From a virus: a DNA stretch of 64,000 bases. The DNA lies in IMG/VR virus record IMGVR_UViG_3300027788_000004, positions 1 to 64,000 of that record. One strand, given 5' to 3'. The notes beneath the pieces were generated by a model that did no database searches, was not told the DNA's origin, and saw nothing but the letters and a program-made list of their open reading frames with translations. Positions 37,725-47,118 of the stretch are shown here, piece by piece (position 1 is the stretch's first letter; each line of letters begins with the position of its first letter). The position numbers and the translations under genes are program-made.

Positions 37725-40700
37725 ATGTCAATAGTTATTAAAGAAATAATTTTAAGCGACTCAGTAAATCAGTTTATGGAAAAGGTTAATTTTAACTTTG
37801 ACCAACTGATGCTTGCTGGTGGTGGACCTCCTGGACCTATTGGACCATTTGGACCTATTGGACCTGCTGGTCCAGAAGGAGATCCTGGTAATAAATGGTA
37901 TGTAGGTTGTACCGGAACAACAACATCAATTGGCGTGACTCTGCCATTCGGTGGAGATCTATTTCTTTATAAAGGTGGTGCTGGTCAAGGATGTAATCCT
38001 GGATCAACATATCCATTAGGTCAAGTATACGATTGGAATACCATTGCTAATGAATTTCAAGATACTGGATTAAATCTATTAGGTCCTACTGGACCTACTG
38101 GAGCTACTGGCGAAAATATAGGTTGGACTATATTCCGTGGAGCAACGACAGGAACGAGATGGCAACCACAAACATTAGCCAATCAAACAGGATCTGATTC
38201 TGATTATGTATTTCTTACTGGTGATACTACTTCTCCAACTACATCCGATGGATTTTCTAAAGATACTCTTTATTTAGGAGGTCATTTAACTGGAATTGCA
38301 TCTGCAGCAGCTTGGCCTTTGGATAGACAACCTAAATTAATAGTAAACCCACGAACAAATAGTGAAATACAAGCAGGAACTTATTGGAATCAAAATGCAA
38401 GTATCGGAGGAAAGGGTGGTGGTGGAATCGTTTTAGGATGGGAATCTACAGTTTCTGGTACACCACCAGCTGCACAATCTAGTTTCTCTAATATGTTTGT
38501 AGATTCATTACGAAATTTACATATATCTAACTTTACTGATTGGATATCTGCTAATATAGCTGGAACTGGTGTACCGACCGCCGGTATAAATATAGAAAGT
38601 GTTTATAATGTAAAATTATTTGGTGCAGGTTATACACATACAAATTCTATTGGTATAATAGAAGCTGGACAAAATCTTGATTTTATTACTGGTGGACAAA
38701 CGGCAGCAAACGATAGGTCAGGTATTTTATTAAGTACATCTCCGATAGAATTTGGTAGAGTTCGTATAGAACAAGGTGCTGGTGGACAATTTACTGTTGG
38801 TGGCGGTGGTGGTGGAAACTATCATGGAACATTAGGTTTATTACCAGAAGTATCGTTCTTTAATAATAAAGGTACTCAAATAGATGATATGTATCGAATT
38901 GTTATTACTCCTGGATCAACCTTTGGTGCAGGGCCTTCCACTCAGGCTGCTGGAGGAATTACCGGTCAGGATGTGCCATTTATAGGAGTTGGGAATGTAT
39001 CTAACGGTGGAACTCAATATATAGGATTTGGTTCTAAATTATCTGGAACATCACAATTTACAGATATGAATGTAACCGATAAGAAAGTTATGATTGGTGA
39101 TGTTGGACAAGTTGCTAATGATTGGGATCCGACCTTTACCGCATTACCTGCATATTCTTTAGATGCCGTTGGTAGATTACGAATGAGAACTGGAACTATG
39201 GTTGGATCAACTGGCTCTGTTATGGTTAGTATGGACAATCAAGGTACTGGAGATTGGGTTGATCCTAATAGTATTGGTTCCTGGAGAGTTGATCCTTTAT
39301 GTAATAATGAAACTCGTATTAGTTTAGTTACTGCAAGGAATTTTGCAACAATAGCTCATTCAGAAACCGGTTCGTTATCTGCAAAGAATTATTCTAGAAT
39401 GGATATTACATCATATAACGGACATAATCAGGCACCTGGAGCAAGTGCAGATTTATTTTTTGGATCATATGCTGGTGGTGGTCCGGTTTCAACGGATAAC
39501 TCATTTTCTATTAGAAATGATTATAGGGATGCTAACACTCAAGGTGAATTATCCTTTATGACTCATCAAAACTTAAACCCATGTCCTACCTCAGCTGAGT
39601 TAATAAATGTAGATGCACAATCAGCAACATCACAAAGAATTGGAGGTATAACTGAATATGGTCAATTACAATTGGTGAATAACAACTTTAGTACTTCAAT
39701 CCCTTCTAGTTGGAAATATAATAATAGAATTTTAATAGAACCTCTAACTACATGGCAAACTGGTGGTACTACTATATCACCGGATATTATGTTATTAGGA
39801 TCTTCTGCTGCAGCCATCGTAGCGAATGTCGGTCCTAGAATTAAAATAGTACAAGAAGACGACGTTGCTACAGGAAACCCAAATTCAGGTAATATAAATA
39901 CTACTAACTTAACTGTTGTTAGAGGATATGATGGTGTAATTCAGAAAGGAACAATGGATATCAGATTTCAAGGAGTTGGTAAAGCGGATACAACTGCTGG
40001 AGTTGCCGTATCTGGATTTAGTGGAATACCTGATGCTGAAGGTGGAGCTGCCGTGAAAATGATACCTGATACGATCGGATTGAAATCGGTTGACTCGCAA
40101 ACTCAAACAGAGGTTGCTGGAAGAACTAATGATTATTACGAGATAACTTCTAAAGAATTTTTCCTTGATTCCGCTAGACTGAATTATTTTTCTACCGATA
40201 CTACAGGAAGAGAATTAGCATCTAGAAATCTTACTTACACCCAATGGGGTGCTAGTAACGATCAATGGAGTTCATCAAATGGTTTTTGTGGAATAAATGA
40301 ATTTCAATTTAATGGTTCTAATTCAGCTGTTCTCCCTGCTACTAGACTACCAGCAAGATCTAAAGTTAATCTAACTACTGCAAACTCATCTGGTGATGGA
40401 GCTCCTTATAGAAACCAACAAAATCCAAACGTAACCAATGGATCTAGTACAGGATATTGGAGTAATTGGATATCTCCATCTTCTTCTATTAGACTTACAC
40501 CAGAAAATCCAGATAGGCCTTGGATGCCTTTTGGTGCACCGAGTGATTCTTCACAAAATGGTAGAATGCATGTAGATTTTAATATCGACATAGGATGGTG
40601 GTTAAGTAATAATCAAGACCAGTCAAGAAGTGGAAATGGAGTAGATTATCGTACAGTATATGCAGCATACTCAGGCGTTGGAACTGTTGGAAATCAAGAT

Positions 40701-42071
40701 AATGTTCCATCTATTGGTACTGGTGGAAATAACGATAGTTATAAGTTTATGAAAGCTGTAAAACTTCAATCATTTAGAATAACTTTGAAAACTGATCAGT
40801 ATTCTGGTTTATCAGAGACTCTTGCCTTTAATAAGCCTACAAGAAGAGGTAATATGACTTATGGAACAACAGGAACTGGAGCAAGTGCATATGCATACAC
40901 TACGGATTGGTATCCAGGAGTATCTAAACCAATGCAAGGACTTGTAGCTACTGAATCACAGCAAAAAGGAGGTAATAGAAATATGTTTACCCAATCATCA
41001 AGTGCAAATAGTAATGTATATTATCAGAATTTTCATCCGTGGAGTACATATGGTACTAATCAAGAAATTCCTTTAACCATGATAGACGCTGAAAATGTAT
41101 CGATGACAACGGCACAACAATTAGGAATGCGGCCGTTCTTGGATTCTGCTTCTAATCCAACTGCAAATTGGTCCACATCGTTAGATGCGTTGATTCCATC
41201 AGTTGCCTTTTCAGGTGGATTGAATTCATTTGGAGTATATCAACAATATAATCATGATTCGGCCGGTCATTATCAAGTTGGAAATTGGATGTGGAGAGTT
41301 TGTGCCGGTTATGCTGATAATGAGGCAAATACATTCGAGAATAGGTCATACATAGAATTTATATATATGCCACCTAATCCTTGGGCATATACTTCAGGAC
41401 AGGCAAATGTGACAGTTACTGGATTTGACGGAAATGGAGGACTTAGTGGGAGTGGTTACGCTTATACAAGCTCGATGGGAATGCCTATTAAATTTGTTTC
41501 TCAGGCTAACGTTAAAAAATTAAATTCATCAGCTTATTATTGGAAAAATGCTGGATTAGCTGCGTTACCAAGAAATAATACATTTTATAAGAGTACCGGA
41601 ATTTCATTTAGTGGACAGGCTTATGTTAGTTTACAACATAGAAAAAACGATGGTGCTCCAATAGTTGTAGATGATAATTCTAAAGTTGGAGGCTGCTTTA
41701 TAATAGGAACACATGTATTAATGGCAGATAATTCTTGGAAATCTATAGAGACTATCAAAATTGGTGATCTTATAAAAACTAAAGATGGAACAAACGTTCC
41801 GGTATTAGATTCATTTATCTATAATGTTAATGATGAAATAACAATGTATACAAAAGATAATTTAACAGTAACCGATAGTCATCCGTTATATGTCGATGGA
41901 AAATGGCAAACTGCTGATGAATTAAATTGGGAAAATGAATTAATGTACGTAGATAATTTATATTACTTACAAACTGAAGATAACTATATAGTAGAAGGAA
42001 TTGTAGCTACTGGTGTTCTTGATAATACACATAAAGGTACAAGTATAAGTAAATTGGTATTAACTGATTAA
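37725..42071 (+). CDS. Tail fibre-like protein with short collagen segments and a C-terminal Hint domain
   Basis: N-terminal DSVNQFMEKVNFNFDQL and GPxGPx repeats. C-terminal G-CFIIGTHVLMAD...TDSHPL...YYLQTEDNYIVEG. Confidence 0.75.
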   Translation: MSIVIKEIILSDSVNQFMEKVNFNFDQLMLAGGGPPGPIGPFGPIGPAGPEGDPGNKWYVGCTGTTTSIGVTLPFGGDLFLYKGGAGQGCNPGSTYPLGQVYDWNTIANEFQDTGLNLLGPTGPTGATGENIGWTIFRGATTGTRWQPQTLANQTGSDSDYVFLTGDTTSPTTSDGFSKDTLYLGGHLTGIASAAAWPLDRQPKLIVNPRTNSEIQAGTYWNQNASIGGKGGGGIVLGWESTVSGTPPAAQSSFSNMFVDSLRNLHISNFTDWISANIAGTGVPTAGINIESVYNVKLFGAGYTHTNSIGIIEAGQNLDFITGGQTAANDRSGILLSTSPIEFGRVRIEQGAGGQFTVGGGGGGNYHGTLGLLPEVSFFNNKGTQIDDMYRIVITPGSTFGAGPSTQAAGGITGQDVPFIGVGNVSNGGTQYIGFGSKLSGTSQFTDMNVTDKKVMIGDVGQVANDWDPTFTALPAYSLDAVGRLRMRTGTMVGSTGSVMVSMDNQGTGDWVDPNSIGSWRVDPLCNNETRISLVTARNFATIAHSETGSLSAKNYSRMDITSYNGHNQAPGASADLFFGSYAGGGPVSTDNSFSIRNDYRDANTQGELSFMTHQNLNPCPTSAELINVDAQSATSQRIGGITEYGQLQLVNNNFSTSIPSSWKYNNRILIEPLTTWQTGGTTISPDIMLLGSSAAAIVANVGPRIKIVQEDDVATGNPNSGNINTTNLTVVRGYDGVIQKGTMDIRFQGVGKADTTAGVAVSGFSGIPDAEGGAAVKMIPDTIGLKSVDSQTQTEVAGRTNDYYEITSKEFFLDSARLNYFSTDTTGRELASRNLTYTQWGASNDQWSSSNGFCGINEFQFNGSNSAVLPATRLPARSKVNLTTANSSGDGAPYRNQQNPNVTNGSSTGYWSNWISPSSSIRLTPENPDRPWMPFGAPSDSSQNGRMHVDFNIDIGWWLSNNQDQSRSGNGVDYRTVYAAYSGVGTVGNQDNVPSIGTGGNNDSYKFMKAVKLQSFRITLKTDQYSGLSETLAFNKPTRRGNMTYGTTGTGASAYAYTTDWYPGVSKPMQGLVATESQQKGGNRNMFTQSSSANSNVYYQNFHPWSTYGTNQEIPLTMIDAENVSMTTAQQLGMRPFLDSASNPTANWSTSLDALIPSVAFSGGLNSFGVYQQYNHDSAGHYQVGNWMWRVCAGYADNEANTFENRSYIEFIYMPPNPWAYTSGQANVTVTGFDGNGGLSGSGYAYTSSMGMPIKFVSQANVKKLNSSAYYWKNAGLAALPRNNTFYKSTGISFSGQAYVSLQHRKNDGAPIVVDDNSKVGGCFIIGTHVLMADNSWKSIETIKIGDLIKTKDGTNVPVLDSFIYNVNDEITMYTKDNLTVTDSHPLYVDGKWQTADELNWENELMYVDNLYYLQTEDNYIVEGIVATGVLDNTHKGTSISKLVLTD
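41694..42020 (+). other. Hint (Hedgehog/intein-like) autoprocessing domain
   Basis: Cys1 at 41694 (CFIIGTHV), block B TxxH (TDSH), block F-like LYYL; the terminal His-Asn is absent. Confidence 0.8.
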
Positions 42072-42079
42072 AACAAAAG

Positions 42080-42310
42080 ATGAATAAAAAAGAAAAACAA
42101 ATAGTAAAGGAAATAATGAATAGATATTCTAAGGTTCATTATGATATGGAGTTATTAGAAAAATCTTTGGATAAATTACATAAAGAAAAGGATGATCTAT
42201 TAAAGGAACTTAAACAAATTAGAAAAAACGAATCGTTAGTAATCGATACACTAAAAGAAAAATATGGTGAAGATGCTGAATTAGATTTGAAAACATTAGA
42301 ATTGATATGA
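42080..42310 (+). CDS. Small coiled-coil protein
   Basis: 76 aa with a heptad pattern, ending LKEKYGEDAELDL. Confidence 0.65.
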   Translation: MNKKEKQIVKEIMNRYSKVHYDMELLEKSLDKLHKEKDDLLKELKQIRKNESLVIDTLKEKYGEDAELDLKTLELI

Positions 42311-42612
42311 ATACATTAAACAAAATTTGGAAATGGGTTGCTGGTAGTATTACCGCATTAGCTGCTTTATTTGTTATATTCAAAAGCTTGCAAGATCCTA
42401 GCAAAAAGGAATTTAACACAAAGAAAAAGAAAGTTGAAAAGGATATTGATAAAGTAAAAAAGAAAAGGGCAGTCACGCAAAAAGAAAAGACTGTGACTAA
42501 AGGTAAAATTAAAGAATCTAAAAAGAAGATTAAAGCTACTGAATCTAATGTAATTGATACATCAAAAGCTAGTGATACTCTTAAGGATTTTAAGAAAAAG
42601 TACAAAAAATGA
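42307..42612 (+). CDS. Membrane-anchored Lys-rich coiled-coil protein (i-spanin-like candidate)
   Basis: N-terminal TM segment (WVAGSITALAALFVIF) followed by a charged helix; ATGA overlap with the next gene. Confidence 0.5.
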   Translation: MNTLNKIWKWVAGSITALAALFVIFKSLQDPSKKEFNTKKKKVEKDIDKVKKKRAVTQKEKTVTKGKIKESKKKIKATESNVIDTSKASDTLKDFKKKYKK

Positions 42613-42992
42613 GAAATTTTATATTAGTATTACTATTAGGGCTTTCAATTAATGTCTTCTCGCAAACCGAGAGTGATTCAGTTTTAATACCTAGAACAGA
42701 ATTAGTTAAAGTATTCAATGCTATAGATACTTTGACTACACAAGACAGTATTAAAACATTGTTAATCAGTGAGTTAAAATTTCAAATAAAAAATTATGAA
42801 TTGTTATCTAATCAAGATAGTACGCTATTAATGTACAATTCAAGACAAATTAACCTATTAAACCAGGAAATAAATTTATATGATGATAGATTAAAACAAG
42901 TTGATAAATGGTATAAAAAACCATGGGTTGGCTTTATAATTGGAGTTGCAACTATATCAACATCATCATGGATAGTAAGTAATATAAAATAG
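42609..42992 (+). CDS. Exported coiled-coil protein with a C-terminal TM segment (spanin-like candidate)
   Basis: Signal peptide ...NVFS|Q, coiled coil, C-terminal hydrophobic PWVGFIIGVATI. Confidence 0.55.
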   Translation: MRNFILVLLLGLSINVFSQTESDSVLIPRTELVKVFNAIDTLTTQDSIKTLLISELKFQIKNYELLSNQDSTLLMYNSRQINLLNQEINLYDDRLKQVDKWYKKPWVGFIIGVATISTSSWIVSNIK

Positions 42993-43003
42993 AATAAAAC
43001 AAA

Positions 43004-45181
43004 ATGGCTAACACATCTAGATACGTATCACTTTCAGATTCTGTTTTATTAGAATATGAATATAGAGATCAATCAGGAACTTCAAACATCTTTACAACAA
43101 CGGCAGCTCCGTTTTATAAGATGCAAGATGCTCACGGAGCAACATCGAATCTTATATTTAATGATGATAATTCTACTGCAATAACAGGAAACGTAAGAAC
43201 CAGGATGGCAGCATCCACAGATACAACAACCGCAAGTTATGGATATTTAGACTTGAACGGGTTAGTTGCATTAAATGATTACGATCCTCAATTAACAGAT
43301 ACCGTTAATTTACCTATAACGTTTTCTCCGGTTATTGGTGTTAAATACGATGTAGTACGATTACATTTAGTACAGGGATTTAATTTTGAAAATAATGAAG
43401 GATTTTATTTTAGAATAAATACTCGAACCGGTTTAGATCCTGTAACAGGAAGAACAGATGTAAATTATCTAAACTTAGCTTATAGAAAATCTGATTCTTA
43501 TGCACAGATTAATTCAAATCCATTTTTATTAAACGGAAAGTATTACGCGTCTTATATAGAAGTTAAAGTACCTTCATTATATAATATGATTGATGATTAT
43601 ATTCAGGCTGCAGCTGGTGGTGCTGTTACTACTAACTTACCGATTTCTAAATTTACTAATGGAATTGGTCCTGATACAAGATCTTTAATAGAAACTAATT
43701 TTGGATGGATTGCAAAAAATTCAGTAATAAATGGACAAGATTATTTTCAAACGTGGGAATTAAAACGAGTAGATTTACCTACGTTAGATCAATATGCTGA
43801 TGTATCTGCGGTATGTGTAGGTTCAACATCCGGAGATTTTTTAGAATTATATGCTGCATGGCAAGGTACTATTATAGATAATTTTATATTACAACTAAAT
43901 AATCTGCCAGGTAATGATTATATTATATTACACCAATTAGATGTTTATGAATATGTTTGGAACGGTGGAGCTGCAGCAACATGGATAAAAACTGATAATA
44001 TAGAATTTGTTCAAGATAGTAATTATCAAGATCCTATTTTATATAGGCCGATTATTCAAAATCAATCTGCTTCATCTTATAGAGTTGATTACACAGTTAG
44101 ACTATATAACAGAGAAGATTCTACATCAATTCTAAAAAAGACATCTGCTCAATTTAATGATGGATTAAAATACGGAAAGAATCTTCAAAAAATACAATTA
44201 GGTATTAATCCTATACAGCCAAAGGTATATAATAAACTATTTGATAAAAATGTAGTGATGAATGCGGTTGGTAGTACGAGTTCTGTAGAATCTTCTACGA
44301 AATATGCAAAATACCTTACATCGTTTTTGAATACAAATCAAATTTTATTAACTTCTCAAAATGCATATTTACAACGAAATCCAACGACTGGCGTAGTAGA
44401 AGTTAAGAGTGTAGGTAATAGTGCAACAGAAACAGTATTTGCACAAGGGTTAGGAAAGATACAAATGACCTCCGCTGATACTTATTTTAAGTTCGTTATT
44501 TATGAAGGTGATCCTACACAAGCTATTTCATTTTTAGATTTAACAGGTTTAGGAAAGTTATATCTTAACTTTTATACTAATAATGGATCGGTAAATAAAT
44601 TCTTAAATTACATGTCACCAGAAATTTCCATGGCTAGCGGAGAGGTATTATTTAAGGTTCCTTCAAAAGATTGTCAGAGAATATCACAATACAATGATAC
44701 AACATTTACAGTATCTTCTGTTAACGACGAAAACGAAACTCAGTTATATACAGGTTCCTTTGTTAAGGTTGGTAATACCGTAACTTCGTTTATGGATAGA
44801 AAAATTGAAAATCAACAAGAATCTATAAGCGAATATGCTGAACAAGTAACTAATTTAGAACAATACAATTCTATAATAGTTGAAGAAAATAATAGATACT
44901 CTTCGTTAAATACAGTTCAAAATGTTCTTATACAAGATTTGCAAGCTATCTTAGGACAAACAGTAAAAGAAGCAAATAGTATTTTAGAAATCGATGCAGT
45001 ATCGCAAGAAGTAAAATTGCAAATGATATCTAAGATTGCAGAAGCGCAAATATTGATTGCTAGAGTTGCAGCAATTGCAGATGTACAAGTAGTGGATGGA
45101 AGTACCCCATCACAAAGTGTAGATCCAACGGCAGATCAAGCAAATATAGCAGATTCTGCAAATTCACCTTTTACATCTTAA
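43004..45181 (+). CDS. Putative virion structural protein with a C-terminal coiled coil
   Basis: 725 aa, beta-rich, Y/T/N-rich. Confidence 0.55.
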   Translation: MANTSRYVSLSDSVLLEYEYRDQSGTSNIFTTTAAPFYKMQDAHGATSNLIFNDDNSTAITGNVRTRMAASTDTTTASYGYLDLNGLVALNDYDPQLTDTVNLPITFSPVIGVKYDVVRLHLVQGFNFENNEGFYFRINTRTGLDPVTGRTDVNYLNLAYRKSDSYAQINSNPFLLNGKYYASYIEVKVPSLYNMIDDYIQAAAGGAVTTNLPISKFTNGIGPDTRSLIETNFGWIAKNSVINGQDYFQTWELKRVDLPTLDQYADVSAVCVGSTSGDFLELYAAWQGTIIDNFILQLNNLPGNDYIILHQLDVYEYVWNGGAAATWIKTDNIEFVQDSNYQDPILYRPIIQNQSASSYRVDYTVRLYNREDSTSILKKTSAQFNDGLKYGKNLQKIQLGINPIQPKVYNKLFDKNVVMNAVGSTSSVESSTKYAKYLTSFLNTNQILLTSQNAYLQRNPTTGVVEVKSVGNSATETVFAQGLGKIQMTSADTYFKFVIYEGDPTQAISFLDLTGLGKLYLNFYTNNGSVNKFLNYMSPEISMASGEVLFKVPSKDCQRISQYNDTTFTVSSVNDENETQLYTGSFVKVGNTVTSFMDRKIENQQESISEYAEQVTNLEQYNSIIVEENNRYSSLNTVQNVLIQDLQAILGQTVKEANSILEIDAVSQEVKLQMISKIAEAQILIARVAAIADVQVVDGSTPSQSVDPTADQANIADSANSPFTS

Positions 45182-45213
45182 TAAATAAACTAATAATATA
45201 AAATTACACGGAT

Positions 45214-45882
45214 ATGTTTCTAAATGCAAGATCAGATTTATTTAAGATAGAATTTCCTAGAAATTTTATTCCTAAAAGTATACGAGAAAAGTACGCACCA
45301 TATATTTTTAATATGCCTACAATGATTAATGATGTTACTGATTTAATCAATTATACTATACAGTCGGTTACAATTCCTACTATGAATTTTACCCCGGTTG
45401 AACAGATTATACCAGATAAAAAGAATCCATTACAATCAGAAGATTTATCTAAGAACTCGTTAGGTAACTCAATTACTAGATCAGCAAGAACTCGTAGGTG
45501 GAGATCATCTCAAAATTATCAAGAGGTATTTACAAAAGAATTTACAATCACATTTCAATTGATTGATGGACATGTTAATTATTGGATAATGCTAGATACT
45601 CTTTTATACTATTATGATTTCAAAACTAAAGATAGATTTACTGAATCTGTTCCGGTTAGGATATTAGATAGTGAAGGTAACGTTATGTATACTGCGTTAT
45701 TCATTGATACTCTTTTTACTGGTCTAACAGAATATCAATTATCATACTCAGATCTATCACAGGAATTTAAGACCTTTGATGCAACATTTCAATACAATAC
45801 ACTTAAATTAGAAATGTTACCTACTAAAAGTATAGATGAAAGTAAATTTACATCTGGCGGTGCTACGTTTACTATGACCTAG
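45214..45882 (+). CDS. Tail tube/tube terminator-like protein (gp19/gp3 fold)
   Basis: YTIQSVTIPTM...EFTITF...NYW...ILD...F.D...LTEYQLSY...FDATFQYN pattern. Confidence 0.65.
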   Translation: MFLNARSDLFKIEFPRNFIPKSIREKYAPYIFNMPTMINDVTDLINYTIQSVTIPTMNFTPVEQIIPDKKNPLQSEDLSKNSLGNSITRSARTRRWRSSQNYQEVFTKEFTITFQLIDGHVNYWIMLDTLLYYYDFKTKDRFTESVPVRILDSEGNVMYTALFIDTLFTGLTEYQLSYSDLSQEFKTFDATFQYNTLKLEMLPTKSIDESKFTSGGATFTMT

Positions 45883-45929
45883 AAATCAAATATATATAAA
45901 TATAATAACTGAAGAAAAACATTAAAGGA

Positions 45930-46277
45930 ATGAACACTTTTGAAGAATACTTAAATAATAAAAAACCAGAAGATTTAACTAAACTATTAGCTGAATCTAT
46001 GGACTATACTCTCACTGAGGGTGAGGAGGCTCAAATAGATGATGCCGTAGCTATTTTTTTAGCAGAAGGAAACACTATTAACGAGTTTGAAGAAGAAATG
46101 ACTAATGAAGGTATGTTTGGCGCTCTTTTAGGAGGACTTACCGGAGCTGCATTAGGAAAATCTTTAGGTCGTATGGTTGCAAAGGTATTAGGAGTTCAAA
46201 AGGGAATTCTTTACGATTTATTAACATCGAGATTAGTTGGAGCTGCATTAGGTGCAACTATAGGAAAGAAATTTTAA
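45930..46277 (+). CDS. Putative capsid-packaged protein with a glycine-zipper C-terminus
   Basis: N-terminal MNTFEEYLN; multiple LAE/LTE/INE sites; GALLGGLTGAALG and LVGAALGATIG. Confidence 0.6.
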   Translation: MNTFEEYLNNKKPEDLTKLLAESMDYTLTEGEEAQIDDAVAIFLAEGNTINEFEEEMTNEGMFGALLGGLTGAALGKSLGRMVAKVLGVQKGILYDLLTSRLVGAALGATIGKKF

Positions 46278-46295
46278 TCTCATAAAATAATATAC

Positions 46296-46919
46296 ATGAA
46301 TTTTATTGCAATAGACTTTTCAATAACATCTACAGCAGTTTGTATTTCTACTCCAGAAAAAATACATTGGTTTAATTTTGCATCTAATTTAGATCTAAAT
46401 AAAAAAGCTTTTAGGGTACATAAAGATTTAGAAGATTTAGGTTTGAATATGATAGGATATGAAAGAAATAAACCTAAAGATTTAACTTACACTCAAGAAC
46501 AATCGTTCAAAATTAACAATGCAAATCATCTATCGTTAAAAATAATAAATGCTATAGGACCTTATATAGATGAAGATACTATATTTGGGATTGAAGGATT
46601 TAGTTATGGATCTAAGGGTAATTCCTTTATAGATCTTATTACATATAATACGTTTCTTAAGTCTAAGATATTAAGAGTTTCTAATAATGATTTGCTTGTA
46701 CTTGCTCCAAAAACTATTAAAAAATCTTTTACCGGTAATGGTAATTCAGGAAAACCTTTAATGGTTCAATCTTTTGCAGATTCTAAATCGGTTGAACTTC
46801 GTAATGATCTTTTTCATGAATACGTGAAACGTGCAGATTATGGAGATAACATCCCTAAACCAATTGACGATCTAGTCGATGCTTTTGCAATAATGGAATA
46901 CTTAAAAGACTGTAACTGA
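46296..46919 (+). CDS. ruvC: RuvC-like Holliday junction resolvase
   Basis: IAIDFS (D), FGIEGFSYGS (E) and DDLVDAF (DxxD) catalytic pattern. Confidence 0.8.
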   Translation: MNFIAIDFSITSTAVCISTPEKIHWFNFASNLDLNKKAFRVHKDLEDLGLNMIGYERNKPKDLTYTQEQSFKINNANHLSLKIINAIGPYIDEDTIFGIEGFSYGSKGNSFIDLITYNTFLKSKILRVSNNDLLVLAPKTIKKSFTGNGNSGKPLMVQSFADSKSVELRNDLFHEYVKRADYGDNIPKPIDDLVDAFAIMEYLKDCN

Positions 46920-46956
46920 TTTAACTATATTACTTTTAACTTTATTACTTATAATA

Positions 46957-46986
46957 ATTATATGTAAAGGAGAGTAAGCAGTTTCA
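46957..46986 (-). promoter_or_regulatory. Antisense TGAAAC-N16-CATATAAT promoter
   Basis: The + strand reads attatatg-N16-gtttca, a perfect reverse complement of the consensus. Confidence 0.7.
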
Positions 46987-47018
46987 ACAATGCTCATAAA
47001 AAGAAAAATAATTTTATT

Positions 47019-47048
47019 TGAAACTTTAGATAGATTACCACATATAAT
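47019..47048 (+). promoter_or_regulatory. TGAAAC-N16-CATATAAT promoter for the SSB/primase operon
   Basis: tgaaac at 47019 and catataat at 47041. Confidence 0.75.
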
Positions 47049-47118
47049 AAATAACGGTTATTACAAAACGTAATAGTCTATAAATAAAGTGTTTAATTAA
47101 AATATAAAGTGTAAAATT

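Noticed and set aside
41694-42071. Canonical splicing intein
   Set aside because: No terminal His-Asn plus nucleophile, no endonuclease and no real C-extein; treated as a Hint domain
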